From IMG/VR virus record IMGVR_UViG_3300012952_000020, positions 1 through 64,000 of that record: a DNA stretch of 64,000 nt; one strand, 5' to 3'. Position 1 is the first letter of the stretch; each line of letters begins with the position of its first letter. Of the stretch, positions 36,413-46,166 are shown piece after piece. The stretch is from a virus. The position numbers were made by a program, and so were the translations under genes. The notes beneath the pieces were generated by a model. That model saw only the letters and a list, made by a program, of their open reading frames with translations, made no database searches and was not told the DNA's origin.

Positions 36413-37117
36413 TCAAGTGCCTTTCAATCGGCACGGTGTCGTGTGAGCCTGTTGTCTAAACAGTTTCTCGTGACGAACGACCTCGGAAGGGTTGTTCGCC
36501 AGCCCGCTTACGTGAATGACGGCCCACATGCCATCCTCGTTTACGAGCACTTCTGACTCCGACAGACTCAAGCCTTGACTATCAAGACTCTCGGCAAGCC
36601 TGCCCTCGTCCACTTCTGGACCGAACGCCTTTCCCAACGGTGCTCGGTCAAACACAATGAGCCTGTGAATCGACTTGCCCATCCAAGGCTTCCATCGACC
36701 CACCGAAACCTCCTTACCAAACTCGGCTCGTAGCTTGGTTCTCACTAACATTGACACTCGCCCAACCTCCCAAGCGAACTCCGTATTCGCTACGGGTGTA
36801 GGCACTTCTACACTCTTGTCCTTTCGGACTGCGATTAGCGTTTCACTAACGCGAACGCTGTCGTACTGACCTTCTACCGAAACACGCATTTGAACTCGCC
36901 CTCCAGTTTTTATCAGCCTGCTGACCAGCACTTCTTGCCTATTCCGTTCAACAGCGACTTGCGTGATCAACATGTCGATCATGTCATTACGCATTGTCGC
37001 TGGTGTATCAGATGAGTACGCGAACTGCCTTAGCACTTCTACCGAAGCCTTGGGATGGCCTCGGTCTTTCAACCACGTCCGAATGAAACGCCACCGCACT
37101 TGTCGGCTGCCCTTCAT
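36413..37117 (-). CDS. Hypothetical protein
   Basis: Follows a consensus promoter. Confidence 0.65.
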   Translation of the reverse strand: MKGSRQVRWRFIRTWLKDRGHPKASVEVLRQFAYSSDTPATMRNDMIDMLITQVAVERNRQEVLVSRLIKTGGRVQMRVSVEGQYDSVRVSETLIAVRKDKSVEVPTPVANTEFAWEVGRVSMLVRTKLRAEFGKEVSVGRWKPWMGKSIHRLIVFDRAPLGKAFGPEVDEGRLAESLDSQGLSLSESEVLVNEDGMWAVIHVSGLANNPSEVVRHEKLFRQQAHTTPCRLKGT

Positions 37118-37145
37118 GTCTTCTCGCTTTGTTGAATGTAAATAC

Positions 37146-37174
37146 ATTATATCAAGAAAACTGGGGTTTGTCAA
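37146..37174 (-). promoter_or_regulatory. Consensus sigma70 promoter
   Basis: TTGACA-N17-TATAAT with TG extension. Confidence 0.85.
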
Positions 37175-37206
37175 GTACCTTGTTTTACTTGGGTTACTGG
37201 GTCAAA

Positions 37207-37734
37207 TCACGTAACCATAAGAGAACACTGGGGAAATCGCCTGTAGACGTTGAACCCTGCGTGTGCCGGTTTGAAGACCAAGATGGCACTGCCTTTGGGT
37301 GCTCCGGCAACAGGTTCACCTGTGTCGGGGTGCAGGAACTTGACTCGTCCTGTGATGAATCGAACCTCTGTCATCCGAGGCCAAGCCTTTGCCCACCACA
37401 ACGTGTCGGTGCAAGCTGACACAAGGACTACCACGGTAGATCCGAAACAAGCCTCCTTGTACGCACGGCGAACCCATCTGCCTACCTCCTTACCATACGG
37501 AGGGTTCAGCCAAATGGCTCCACCGTCACTCTGCTTCGCCCACTCCCCAAGGGGCTTAGACAATGCGTCATCCTCTTTAGTGAAGTACCTATCGCACTTG
37601 TGGTTACTGTCCGACGCTGCTGCGTCGAGCGTGAAATGGAACTCGCCATCCAGCTTCTTGAACAGGCCCAATGGCGTAGCCCAATCCATACGGTCGCTAC
37701 TATGTATGACCGACCACTTGTCCGATTTCTCCAC
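37207..37734 (-). CDS. dam: Phage N6-adenine DNA methyltransferase
   Basis: DWATP, FTLDAAAS, WLNPPY, GRVKF. Confidence 0.9.
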   Translation of the reverse strand: MEKSDKWSVIHSSDRMDWATPLGLFKKLDGEFHFTLDAAASDSNHKCDRYFTKEDDALSKPLGEWAKQSDGGAIWLNPPYGKEVGRWVRRAYKEACFGSTVVVLVSACTDTLWWAKAWPRMTEVRFITGRVKFLHPDTGEPVAGAPKGSAILVFKPAHAGFNVYRRFPQCSLMVT

Positions 37735-38306
37735 TATTCCTCCTCACCGAGCCACGCTTGAAACACGGGACCAACCTCTGGACAGTCATCGCTACTGTGG
37801 TGCGGCTTGAAGTCCCGTTGCCTTGACCTGTCGGGGATGCTGTACGATCCCGTTTTCTCCTTAACCTTTTTCATCGTCGCTTCATCCGAGGACACCATGC
37901 GCCCATCGTTGAACCCGAAAGGCATCGCCACACCCGGCTCCAATACCCACAAGTGGTACTGGTTAGCCAAGTCGGTCATACGAGACTCAGCCGGAAACAA
38001 CTCTACGCCTTCGCAAGTCGTCCCGCACAACTCGTTTTTGATCCTTTGGAGGTCGCGCCAATCACGGATGGTTGTACGCTCATGGGTCTTGATGGACAGG
38101 TGTACCATCTTCGGCATCTCCAAACCCTCGTTGGCTTCCTGCCTGTAGACGAACACCTGATAGAGACTGTTTACCCAAGTCTCCTTGGTGTCCACCCTCG
38201 GATCGCCTGTGTGAGTTATCGGAGTCCCGCGAGTGAACGGGGTCCACTTCGTCAGCAGGTTCCTCGCCTTCGCTTTCGCCTTCTTCCTTCTGCCATATCC
38301 AGACAT
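37734..38306 (-). CDS. Conserved phage hypothetical protein
   Basis: HLSIK..DWRDLQRIKNEL..ELFP..NQYHLW. Confidence 0.75.
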   Translation of the reverse strand: MSGYGRRKKAKAKARNLLTKWTPFTRGTPITHTGDPRVDTKETWVNSLYQVFVYRQEANEGLEMPKMVHLSIKTHERTTIRDWRDLQRIKNELCGTTCEGVELFPAESRMTDLANQYHLWVLEPGVAMPFGFNDGRMVSSDEATMKKVKEKTGSYSIPDRSRQRDFKPHHSSDDCPEVGPVFQAWLGEEE

Positions 38307-38358
38307 GTCTTCTTCCTTATCTTGTGCCGTGTCATGTTTTGCCTTGTTTGTCAATCTC

Positions 38359-39099
38359 CTAACACCCGTCAGGTGTAAGGTCACGAAGCCTCCGAGTCAT
38401 TGACTCTACTCTGGAGGTGTACGTTTCATTGTCCACGCACCTGTTACCCTGATTGTAGTGACAGATGCCTTTCCTTCTGTCCCGTAGTCTACGGATGAAC
38501 CTCGCACATACGCCTGCGGAATACTCTACGCTTTGTAGCTCCGCGCACTCGTCAGCGACGGTCCTTCCAGAATCTCGTAGCCAACTCCGATTGCCGGTGT
38601 AGCCATACGAATACTTTGCCTGCTGTTGAAACATCCCGCACGACCTTCCTTGGTCGCCAGTGACGTTCTCCGTCCACCGGCTCTCGACATACCCAACTGC
38701 TGCCAGTTCGTATACGTCAACACCTTCGTACAAGGCTGCGAGGATCATCGCCGCTGCGAACCTGCGAGCGTCCTCCAACTCCAACCTCGGTTGGACCTCC
38801 TGCATGGCGTTAGCCAAATAGTACACGTAGTCCCTGACTCCTGCCTCATGTGCAGGGATGGACGTGTCTACGCAGCACTCTGGACACTTAGCACAGTGGT
38901 CCTCGACGTAGCGTTGATGCCAGTTCTCCTGCTCCGGGTCAGGCTCCGGTTCGGAAACTGGTTCCGAGGTGGGTGCCTCTGTGGTCGGTTCGGGAGGACT
39001 CTCCGGTTCCTCGCCTCCGCAACTGCCAAGGTAGCTAATGATGCCTACCGTCAACCCTGTCACTATTCCGTACACAAAGTACCGTGCTATCGCCTTCAT
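38359..39099 (-). CDS. Membrane-anchored/lipoprotein lytic transglycosylase (SLT-like)
   Basis: Hydrophobic N-terminus ending LGSC, Pro/Glu linker, VESRW, GMFQ, HYN. Confidence 0.65.
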   Translation of the reverse strand: MKAIARYFVYGIVTGLTVGIISYLGSCGGEEPESPPEPTTEAPTSEPVSEPEPDPEQENWHQRYVEDHCAKCPECCVDTSIPAHEAGVRDYVYYLANAMQEVQPRLELEDARRFAAAMILAALYEGVDVYELAAVGYVESRWTENVTGDQGRSCGMFQQQAKYSYGYTGNRSWLRDSGRTVADECAELQSVEYSAGVCARFIRRLRDRRKGICHYNQGNRCVDNETYTSRVESMTRRLRDLTPDGC

Positions 39100-39477
39100 C
39101 TAATCCTCCATAATCTCCTTCAGCACCGAGAGCGGCATGAGCACCCAGTCCTTTTCTACATGGTTTGGTAAAGCCTCCAGAGTCACAACCATACAAGGCT
39201 TCTTGCCCGCCTTGTACGCCTCCCTGTTTACTTTACGAATCAAGGATTCCGTCACCGTGAAACGGTCCTTGTTTGTCAACTTCGCTTCTATCAACAACCC
39301 TTCGGTTTGAACGTCACCCTTCTTTGAACCGAAAGGTGTCGCTCCCGAGTTGGGCGTGACTGTACCACGGACTTCCTTGGCTACTCGCCGTTCTTGCCTC
39401 TGGCTTCGATGACGATTGACCTTGGATTCTTCCTCATCCCACATACGGGGCTTGGGTGTCTTGTCTCCGAGACTCAC
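39100..39477 (-). CDS. PD-(D/E)xK resolvase-like nuclease
   Basis: QERRVAK, NSGA, KGDV..LIEAK. Confidence 0.75.
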   Translation of the reverse strand: MSLGDKTPKPRMWDEEESKVNRHRSQRQERRVAKEVRGTVTPNSGATPFGSKKGDVQTEGLLIEAKLTNKDRFTVTESLIRKVNREAYKAGKKPCMVVTLEALPNHVEKDWVLMPLSVLKEIMED

Positions 39478-40613
39478 GACGATTCCTTACTCGTCGCCCA
39501 ACCTGTTTCCCGTTCCATGACCTTGTTGGTCAGCATCTCCAGTAGCTTCCTGTTCTCCGATGCCATGAGCATATTCGCAGCCTCGTTCGCTCCCTGCGCC
39601 TTGATGCCCTTTGCCATTTCGTACCAAGCGCCACTCTGCCTGACCAGTTTCCAGAAGACTGCAAGGTCGAGCACCTGTCGAGCGACGTTGGTGGAGCCTG
39701 CCACTCTTGCGGGAGCGTACGCATCCGTGAATACCAAAGTGAACCCTGCACTCCTATTCGGGGGTGCGGTCTTGTTCTTTGTGACTGCGATCTCCATCTT
39801 CAAGCCGACCGTCATTTCATCCTTGGACTGCAAGTAGCCGCGCTTCTTCACCTTGATGATCATGGACGAATGGAACCCTACACCCTTACCACCGGGACTT
39901 GTCTCGGGGCTACCGTACATGACTCCAATCTTCATACGGATTTGGTTGATCAGGATGACGCTACACTGACCCGACCCTGCTCCAAGACCTCCTGCGTTGG
40001 TGGCACTCGTCCACTTACGCATAGCCTTGTTCATCAGTCGGGCGTGAACACCCATCTGCCACTTCTCCGCAGATTCCTCAATCTCCACTGACGGGGTTAG
40101 GGCAGCCACGGAGTCCACGACCAGCAGGTCACACTCACCACTCCGAATGACTGCATCAGCCACGTCGATGCCTTGTTCTGCGAAAGCCGTTCGGATGACG
40201 TAGACATTATCCACGTCCACTCCGAGCCGTTCGGCCCAATCGTTCTCCCAACACCCTTCCGCATCGAACCAGACAACCCTACAGGGTTCCGCGTTCTTAC
40301 AGCACCGTTTCGGGGTCTTGGTCATCGTCAACTCGTCCCAATCGAACATCGCACGACCACAGTTGCGGCAGTGCCTTTGGAACGCTGCCGCTGACTTCAA
40401 AGCCAGTGCGGTCTTACCTGACGAGTATTCCCCCAACAGGGTGGTCATGCGACCCACTGGTATTCCACCGCCCGTGGCTACATCGAAGCCGAAAATACCA
40501 GTGGGTACACGTTGGACCCTCGATAGCAACTTGGCATCTGCCGCCTTGGTGATGGTCAACGAACCATACCGTTTGTTGACCGATGCCAACAACTTGTCGA
40601 GTTCCCTGCTCAT
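39474..40613 (-). CDS. recA: RecA/UvsX-like recombinase with Cys-rich insertion
   Basis: GGGIPVGR, GEYSSGKT, FDAE, VVDSVAAL, INQIR, ETSPGG, KNKTAPP. Confidence 0.93.
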   Translation of the reverse strand: MSRELDKLLASVNKRYGSLTITKAADAKLLSRVQRVPTGIFGFDVATGGGIPVGRMTTLLGEYSSGKTALALKSAAAFQRHCRNCGRAMFDWDELTMTKTPKRCCKNAEPCRVVWFDAEGCWENDWAERLGVDVDNVYVIRTAFAEQGIDVADAVIRSGECDLLVVDSVAALTPSVEIEESAEKWQMGVHARLMNKAMRKWTSATNAGGLGAGSGQCSVILINQIRMKIGVMYGSPETSPGGKGVGFHSSMIIKVKKRGYLQSKDEMTVGLKMEIAVTKNKTAPPNRSAGFTLVFTDAYAPARVAGSTNVARQVLDLAVFWKLVRQSGAWYEMAKGIKAQGANEAANMLMASENRKLLEMLTNKVMERETGWATSKESS

Positions 40614-40614
40614 G

Positions 40615-40929
40615 TCACTCCCCGCGTCCGTCAGCCTTGGCACCACGAATAGCAGCGACCTGTTCGATCACCTCACGCTCGCACTTGTCCCAAGCCTCCT
40701 TGAAAGCGTCATCGACTTCCTCGGGGTAGCACGGAAGCTCCACGCCTGCGTCCACTCGACCCGACTCATAGTTGCCGAGGTTGAGCGTCAACCCATACGC
40801 CACTTTGACTGTAGCGTGCGGAGACTCAAACGACCGGACCTCGATCTGAACGTCCTTGTCTCCAATGGAGTTGCCTGCGTAGTGAGCCGATGCCCATACA
40901 CGTCCTGCTGTCTTCTTCTTACCTGCCAT
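40615..40929 (-). CDS. Conserved phage hypothetical protein
   Basis: TLNLGNYES motif. Confidence 0.7.
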   Translation of the reverse strand: MAGKKKTAGRVWASAHYAGNSIGDKDVQIEVRSFESPHATVKVAYGLTLNLGNYESGRVDAGVELPCYPEEVDDAFKEAWDKCEREVIEQVAAIRGAKADGRGE

Positions 40930-40964
40930 GTCTTTCTCCTATTTCTGTTGTCCTGTTGGACGGT

Positions 40965-41486
40965 TTACGCGGGGGCTGTGTCCTTCACACCACCCACAAG
41001 ATTGTTCCACGCTGTGTGGACTGCATCAATGAACTCGTCGGTCAACTCCCAACGAGAATACTTCCTCTTGAACTCCTCGTAGACCTCTTTCAAAGCCTGC
41101 GCCTGATCCACGGTGTAGAGCCTGTGACCACCTTTGCTGGAGTAGATTGCCTGTGGCATGACTCCGAGCCGTTCCCACTTGCGTAGGGTCTGCGTGGAGA
41201 TACGGAGCCGGTGAGCCATCTTCCCGATGGACAGCATTTCCGTTACCACCTTATCCCCGTCAGGCAGGGTGATCCTCATTCGCTTACCGGGACGGTGGGT
41301 TCGGGGTACTGCGTTGGCTTCCGCTTCTGCCCTTTCCTCCTTCTCACGCTTGCGCTGCTCCGCTCTGCGGGCGAGCACCTGCTTCCGGTAATCCATATCG
41401 AACTTGTACCGATTCGCTTTCCTTTTAGCTATCCGGTCCTTGTTCTTCTCGTAGTAATCACGGTTGTAGTTTGCCGAGTTTGCCAT
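40965..41486 (-). CDS. MerR-like HTH DNA-binding protein
   Basis: SIGKMAHRLRISTQTLRKWERLG..GHRLYT. Confidence 0.8.
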   Translation of the reverse strand: MANSANYNRDYYEKNKDRIAKRKANRYKFDMDYRKQVLARRAEQRKREKEERAEAEANAVPRTHRPGKRMRITLPDGDKVVTEMLSIGKMAHRLRISTQTLRKWERLGVMPQAIYSSKGGHRLYTVDQAQALKEVYEEFKRKYSRWELTDEFIDAVHTAWNNLVGGVKDTAPA

Positions 41487-42000
41487 TTTCGCCTCCCTTT
41501 ATTGCAGCGGTGACTTGATCGGGTTTGACGACCCGGAGGGAATACTGAACCTTGCTGTCGTAGCAATCGGACAACTCGTCCAAGCTGACCCTTCCCTCTG
41601 CTACAAGGTTTTCGACCTTCTTCTCATCCGGCACGAACTTGACCGACCCCGCTTCTTTCAACGGGATCTCCTTCTCGTTCAACAACGCCGTAAGGCGAGC
41701 CGGATTGATCTTGATGATGTGGGACGCTTGCTTGGTGACTTTGCCACCGTGCTCCATGACCTTTGTGGAACTGCCCTTCTCGTCCTGCGTTCCATCTTCC
41801 TCTGCGTGGGTCATCAACTCAGTACGGAGAGTCGCCTTGCGTGCCTTCGCCACCTTCTCGATGTGGTCGAGGATGCTCCAAGCAACGTGAATCTCCGGTG
41901 CGGTCATATCCGCTACTGGCGTGTGAAGCAGCCTTTCGCTGCCGTTGACGATTGCGGTCCCTTCCACGGCGGGACGCAGTACGAGTGCTTTTTCTGACAT
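41458..42000 (-). CDS. Hypothetical protein
   Basis: 180 aa; own promoter and RBS. Confidence 0.7.
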   Translation of the reverse strand: MSEKALVLRPAVEGTAIVNGSERLLHTPVADMTAPEIHVAWSILDHIEKVAKARKATLRTELMTHAEEDGTQDEKGSSTKVMEHGGKVTKQASHIIKINPARLTALLNEKEIPLKEAGSVKFVPDEKKVENLVAEGRVSLDELSDCYDSKVQYSLRVVKPDQVTAAIKGGENGKLGKLQP

Positions 42001-42045
42001 GATGTTCTCCTATGACTGCCTTTCGGCTTGTCGTGTCTGTGATAC

Positions 42046-42074
42046 AGTGTATCGGGTTTTACTATGTTTGTCAA
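42046..42074 (-). promoter_or_regulatory. Sigma70-like promoter
   Basis: TTGACA-N17-TACACT. Confidence 0.7.
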
Positions 42075-42080
42075 GTACCT

Positions 42081-43376
42081 CTACAGATACCCGAGGGCTG
42101 CGTACTTCTTCCGGCGACTACCCCAGTAGGCTCCGAGCACGTCAATACGGGCATCTACAAAGTCGAGCACCACTGGCTCCTGCTTCTCCGGGTGGTCACG
42201 CAAGATTCGCCCAACCGCCTGTGTCACCGAGGTCTTCGGGGTAGCCAACAACAGGGTGTCGAGGTCTGGAATATCCAACCCTTCCTGTGCCATCTGGTAC
42301 GTCGCCACGATGACCTCTGCCTTTGCCGCCTCGTCCAGTTCTTCCTGCTTCATGCCTCCGACGTACTTCGACACAAGCATGTCGTCCCATTCCTTGTCCT
42401 CAAACAGACCGGCCAAAGACATGTGCATAATATCGACATGCTTCCTCCGCTCCGTGAGAATCAGGATCTTCCTTCCCACCGCTGCCGCTCGGACTGCGTA
42501 GTGTAGGACGGACACTGTGCGTCGGTCATCCTCTGCAATCAACGAGATCAGCTTTCCTGTGTTCACCTCTCCGTTCCACCGGAACTTGTATTCCTCTGCC
42601 GGGATGTAGGTACTCAACTCGATCTTGTGGATCGTCGGGTTCAGTTGCTCCGTCCTCGGCATCGAGTGGGCCAATGGTCCGATGTGCTTGAAGAACACGC
42701 ACTGCATACCATCCCTACGGTTTGGGGTAGCCGTAAGTCCCAACCGGAACTTGGCTCCAAACTGCACAATGGCACTCTGCCATGTGGGTGCAGCGAACCG
42801 ATGCACCTCATCCGTGATGATCGTACCGAACGAATCGTACAACTCCTGCGGGTACTCCCTGTTGCTCGTAAGGGACTGGACCATAGCAATCACGAAATCA
42901 CAGTCCTCATCTGGAACCTTGTCCCGTTGCCAAACACCTACCTTGGCGTCCGGCAGGAACTCCTCGATTCGGTCCTTCCACTGGTCCATGAGGAACGTCT
43001 TGTGTACGAGCACGCATGTTCTTCTGTTCAACCTACGTGCGATCTCCAATCCCATCACAGTCTTGCCTTGCCCGCACGGAGCGTGGAGGATTCCCCCGAA
43101 GGACTCTTCCAAAACACTCATAGTGTCTTGCACTGCTCCCGGTTGCTGACCTCGCAACCCAATGGGTTCCAATCCAGACTGCATGGGGTTTCCGTCTACT
43201 GTTTCCACCTTCTCCGAGAACCGCACATGAAGACTGCGTGGGATGAGCACCCAGCCTCCCTCTTGACGATACAACTGCACGTCCTGTCCGTCGTCCGTGC
43301 ATACGGTCAACTCTGCTTGCAGAGCCGGTGTCCAGTGTTCCGGTGGCAACTTGAACCACCCCTTTTGCCTACTCAT
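42081..43376 (-). CDS. SF2 DExH helicase (UvsW/XPB-like)
   Basis: APCGQGKT, DEVH, LTATP, EGLDIP, QAVGRILR. Confidence 0.92.
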   Translation of the reverse strand: MSRQKGWFKLPPEHWTPALQAELTVCTDDGQDVQLYRQEGGWVLIPRSLHVRFSEKVETVDGNPMQSGLEPIGLRGQQPGAVQDTMSVLEESFGGILHAPCGQGKTVMGLEIARRLNRRTCVLVHKTFLMDQWKDRIEEFLPDAKVGVWQRDKVPDEDCDFVIAMVQSLTSNREYPQELYDSFGTIITDEVHRFAAPTWQSAIVQFGAKFRLGLTATPNRRDGMQCVFFKHIGPLAHSMPRTEQLNPTIHKIELSTYIPAEEYKFRWNGEVNTGKLISLIAEDDRRTVSVLHYAVRAAAVGRKILILTERRKHVDIMHMSLAGLFEDKEWDDMLVSKYVGGMKQEELDEAAKAEVIVATYQMAQEGLDIPDLDTLLLATPKTSVTQAVGRILRDHPEKQEPVVLDFVDARIDVLGAYWGSRRKKYAALGYL

Positions 43377-45265
43377 TTTGCTGCCTCCCAGTTAGGGCCA
43401 CTTGACGGTTCAGCGATGAGAGGTACGCGCAGCTTCACTGCTGCTTCCATTTCCCTCTGGATAAGTCCTCCGACCGTATCCACCAAGTCATCCCGAACCT
43501 CAAAGATCAACTCATCGTGGACCTGCGATAGCATGAAGGCACCGTCCCTCCAGTAGCCCTCATCCTTGAGAGCACGGTCGATGTTCCTCATAGCCACCTT
43601 GATCACGTCCGAAGCCGATCCCTGAATCTTGGTATTCACTGCCTTGCGCTCCGCTGGTCCCTTCACCTTCCAGTCATCCGACTTGATCTCGGGAAGATAC
43701 CTTCGCCTACCCAACAGGGTTGACGAATAACCAGTTGCACGGGCGAGCGTGATAACCCTGCCTTGATACTCTTTCACTGCGCTGTACTTCTGGAAGTACC
43801 GCTGCCACCAGACTTTCGCCTCGTTGACGGGAGCCTTGATCTGTGCTGCCAAGGTCTTCGGCGACATACCGTACATCAGACCAAAGTTGATTGCCTTGGC
43901 GTGCTGCCTCGTACAACCACAAGCATCTGCCGTCTGCTGGTGAATGTCACCTCCTTCCGTGTACACCTCCAGCATGGTTTCATCCTTGGAGAAGTGAGCC
44001 ATCAGCCGCAACTCCACTTGAGAGTAGTCACAGGTCATCATCGTGAACCCGTCCCTCGGAATGAACGCCTCCCTGATACTGACTGACGACTTACGTGGGA
44101 TGTTCTGGAAGTTGGGGTTCCTACACGAGAATCGCCCTGTGCGTGTACCGATCTGTCGGAACGACGCATGTACGCGACCATCAGCCTGCACGTCGTCAAT
44201 CAGCGACTCGGTGTACGTGGACCGTAGCTTCTGAGCCTTGCGATACTCCAAGATGAGTTCCGCAACCTCCTGTCCTGCCTTGGTCGTGCCACGAACGCCT
44301 TGCGCCCACTTCTGGACGTGGCTCTCCTTGGTCGAGTAGTACCCGTTCTTCCCTTTGGCTCCAATCGGGGGCCACCAACATAGGTGCTGGATGAACGTCC
44401 GGCAAAGCCACTGGGTAGAACCAATGTTTGCCTCTCCGTCCACGCCATTCGTCCGAAGCAGCGTACGGATGCGTTGGAGGATGACCGTCATACGGTTCTG
44501 CAAGTCCGTGGAAACCTTGGACAGATGGTCAACGTCAAGACGCATACCGTTCTGCTCCATTTCTTCCAAGATGAAGATGATCGGCATCTCCAACTCCCAG
44601 AACACCTTGACGCTATGCTCACCCATAGCCGCCAGCTTCCTGCCGAGGTCCGTGGATAGCCTGTCCAACCACTTCACGTCATCGCACGCATACTGCGTCA
44701 TCGGTCCAACTGGGATAGCCCACACGGGAAGCACGCCCTTGCGTCTGCCACCTTGGACCCAGTTGTCCAGTAGGGTCGTGAACTCCAACATGGAGTACCC
44801 GTACATTTCCTTCACCAAGCCTTTCAGCCCGTGACGCTTCGTGTCCGTCTCCGCAGTCACCCACGAAAGGACCATAGTGTCACCGAGCCGAGCCTTGATG
44901 GTCGAGGGATCGATGCCGTCATTACGCATAGCCTTCAAGTCGAACTTCCAGTTATGCGCCCAAATCTCCCTGTCCTCTACGGAGAAGATTTCCTTCAAAG
45001 CCTCAAGCGCCAAGTCCAGCGGTGCGTTCTGAAACGCCGTGGACGATGCGGCATCGGGGAGCCTTTGTCCTGCTGGTCGGTGCCTCATCGGGACGTAGTA
45101 AGCCTGATCCCGTGTGGCTACCGAGAAGCCGACAATCTGCCGGTCGAACGATAACCCGTCCGTTTCCGTATCAAAGGCGAGCCAGTTCTCGCCAGCCAAC
45201 TTAGCCATCATCGCTTTGAGCGCACGACCTGTGTTGACTATCTGGTCTGTCTTATACTGTGTCAT
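43373..45265 (-). CDS. polA: Family A DNA polymerase with 3'-5' exonuclease
   Basis: FDTET, HNWKFD, YACDD; DYSQVELR, AKAINFGLMYG, QVHDEL. Confidence 0.96.
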   Translation of the reverse strand: MTQYKTDQIVNTGRALKAMMAKLAGENWLAFDTETDGLSFDRQIVGFSVATRDQAYYVPMRHRPAGQRLPDAASSTAFQNAPLDLALEALKEIFSVEDREIWAHNWKFDLKAMRNDGIDPSTIKARLGDTMVLSWVTAETDTKRHGLKGLVKEMYGYSMLEFTTLLDNWVQGGRRKGVLPVWAIPVGPMTQYACDDVKWLDRLSTDLGRKLAAMGEHSVKVFWELEMPIIFILEEMEQNGMRLDVDHLSKVSTDLQNRMTVILQRIRTLLRTNGVDGEANIGSTQWLCRTFIQHLCWWPPIGAKGKNGYYSTKESHVQKWAQGVRGTTKAGQEVAELILEYRKAQKLRSTYTESLIDDVQADGRVHASFRQIGTRTGRFSCRNPNFQNIPRKSSVSIREAFIPRDGFTMMTCDYSQVELRLMAHFSKDETMLEVYTEGGDIHQQTADACGCTRQHAKAINFGLMYGMSPKTLAAQIKAPVNEAKVWWQRYFQKYSAVKEYQGRVITLARATGYSSTLLGRRRYLPEIKSDDWKVKGPAERKAVNTKIQGSASDVIKVAMRNIDRALKDEGYWRDGAFMLSQVHDELIFEVRDDLVDTVGGLIQREMEAAVKLRVPLIAEPSSGPNWEAAK

Positions 45266-45302
45266 TAGATTTTCCGTTGTTTGTCAATAACCGTGTCTAC
45301 GG

Positions 45303-45337
45303 ATAAAGCACCGCCGGGGCCGAAGCCCCGACGATGC
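45303..45337 (-). terminator. Intrinsic terminator
   Basis: GCATCGTCGGGGC-TTCG-GCCCCGGCGGTGC-TTTAT. Confidence 0.7.
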
Positions 45338-45361
45338 AGGTTTCCCAACCTTCCCTGTTGA

Positions 45362-46015
45362 TTAGAATGGAACGGGGTCTTCCGTTTCAGCGACCACCGC
45401 TCCGACAATGCCTTCAAGCTCATCCGCAGACTTGGGAGCGAAACAGTCGAGGTAGTTGTAAGCCTGAATCGACTCATCCAACTCGACCTTCTCCTCAAAG
45501 TCGTAGGAGTTGCCCACGTTGGGCGACTTGTCACCGAGCCTCGAAATGGTCACGGTACAGCCACGAAGACCTTTCCGCTTTGAAGCCAACTTCTGCAACA
45601 GCTTGTAGGTACTGCTGCTGGTCTTGACCACGTACAGCTTCAACTCATCCTTGTGCTTCGTTCCGTTACGGTCCTCCCACTCGCTGTGGTCGATGACCGT
45701 GTAGACCGCCACTTGCGAGGCACGGGAATCCGAGTTCTCACAGATGGGGCAAGTCTGACCCATCGGGCGAAGGCACGTAAAGAAGTTGCGCCAGTGACCG
45801 TTCAGTTGCATCTGGTGTTCCTTGACAACGAACGGAACCTCCAGCTTGTACTTCTGACCGTCGTGAATGACTTCACGGGGTGTGGTGTCGTCATCTACAA
45901 AGGTGACGACCTTCTCCGCATCTTGCGGCATCCAAAAACGACTGACACGCGAAGCATCCTTCTTCCGCGTGTCTTCCTCTACGATGGCATCATAGCCAGT
46001 TGCAAACCATGACAT
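45362..46015 (-). CDS. Single-stranded DNA-binding protein (gp32-like)
   Basis: RFWM, H..C..CPIC zinc site, acidic tail ending DPVPF; next to polymerase. Confidence 0.75.
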   Translation of the reverse strand: MSWFATGYDAIVEEDTRKKDASRVSRFWMPQDAEKVVTFVDDDTTPREVIHDGQKYKLEVPFVVKEHQMQLNGHWRNFFTCLRPMGQTCPICENSDSRASQVAVYTVIDHSEWEDRNGTKHKDELKLYVVKTSSSTYKLLQKLASKRKGLRGCTVTISRLGDKSPNVGNSYDFEEKVELDESIQAYNYLDCFAPKSADELEGIVGAVVAETEDPVPF

Positions 46016-46110
46016 GTTACATGTCTCCTTTTCTGTGGGGACTATACCCCGGTAAATAGAAACTCCCCGCCAACACGGACTTGTGCTGTCGGATCAGTGT
46101 CTCTAATATC

Positions 46111-46139
46111 AATATAGCATGTTTGACTGGGTTTGTCAA
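46111..46139 (-). promoter_or_regulatory. Sigma70-type promoter, near copy of the 19510 promoter
   Basis: TTGACAAACCC..AAACATGC-TATATT, 17-bp spacer. Confidence 0.8.
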
Positions 46140-46166
46140 ACACTGCGATCTGACGCTATCTGGACG

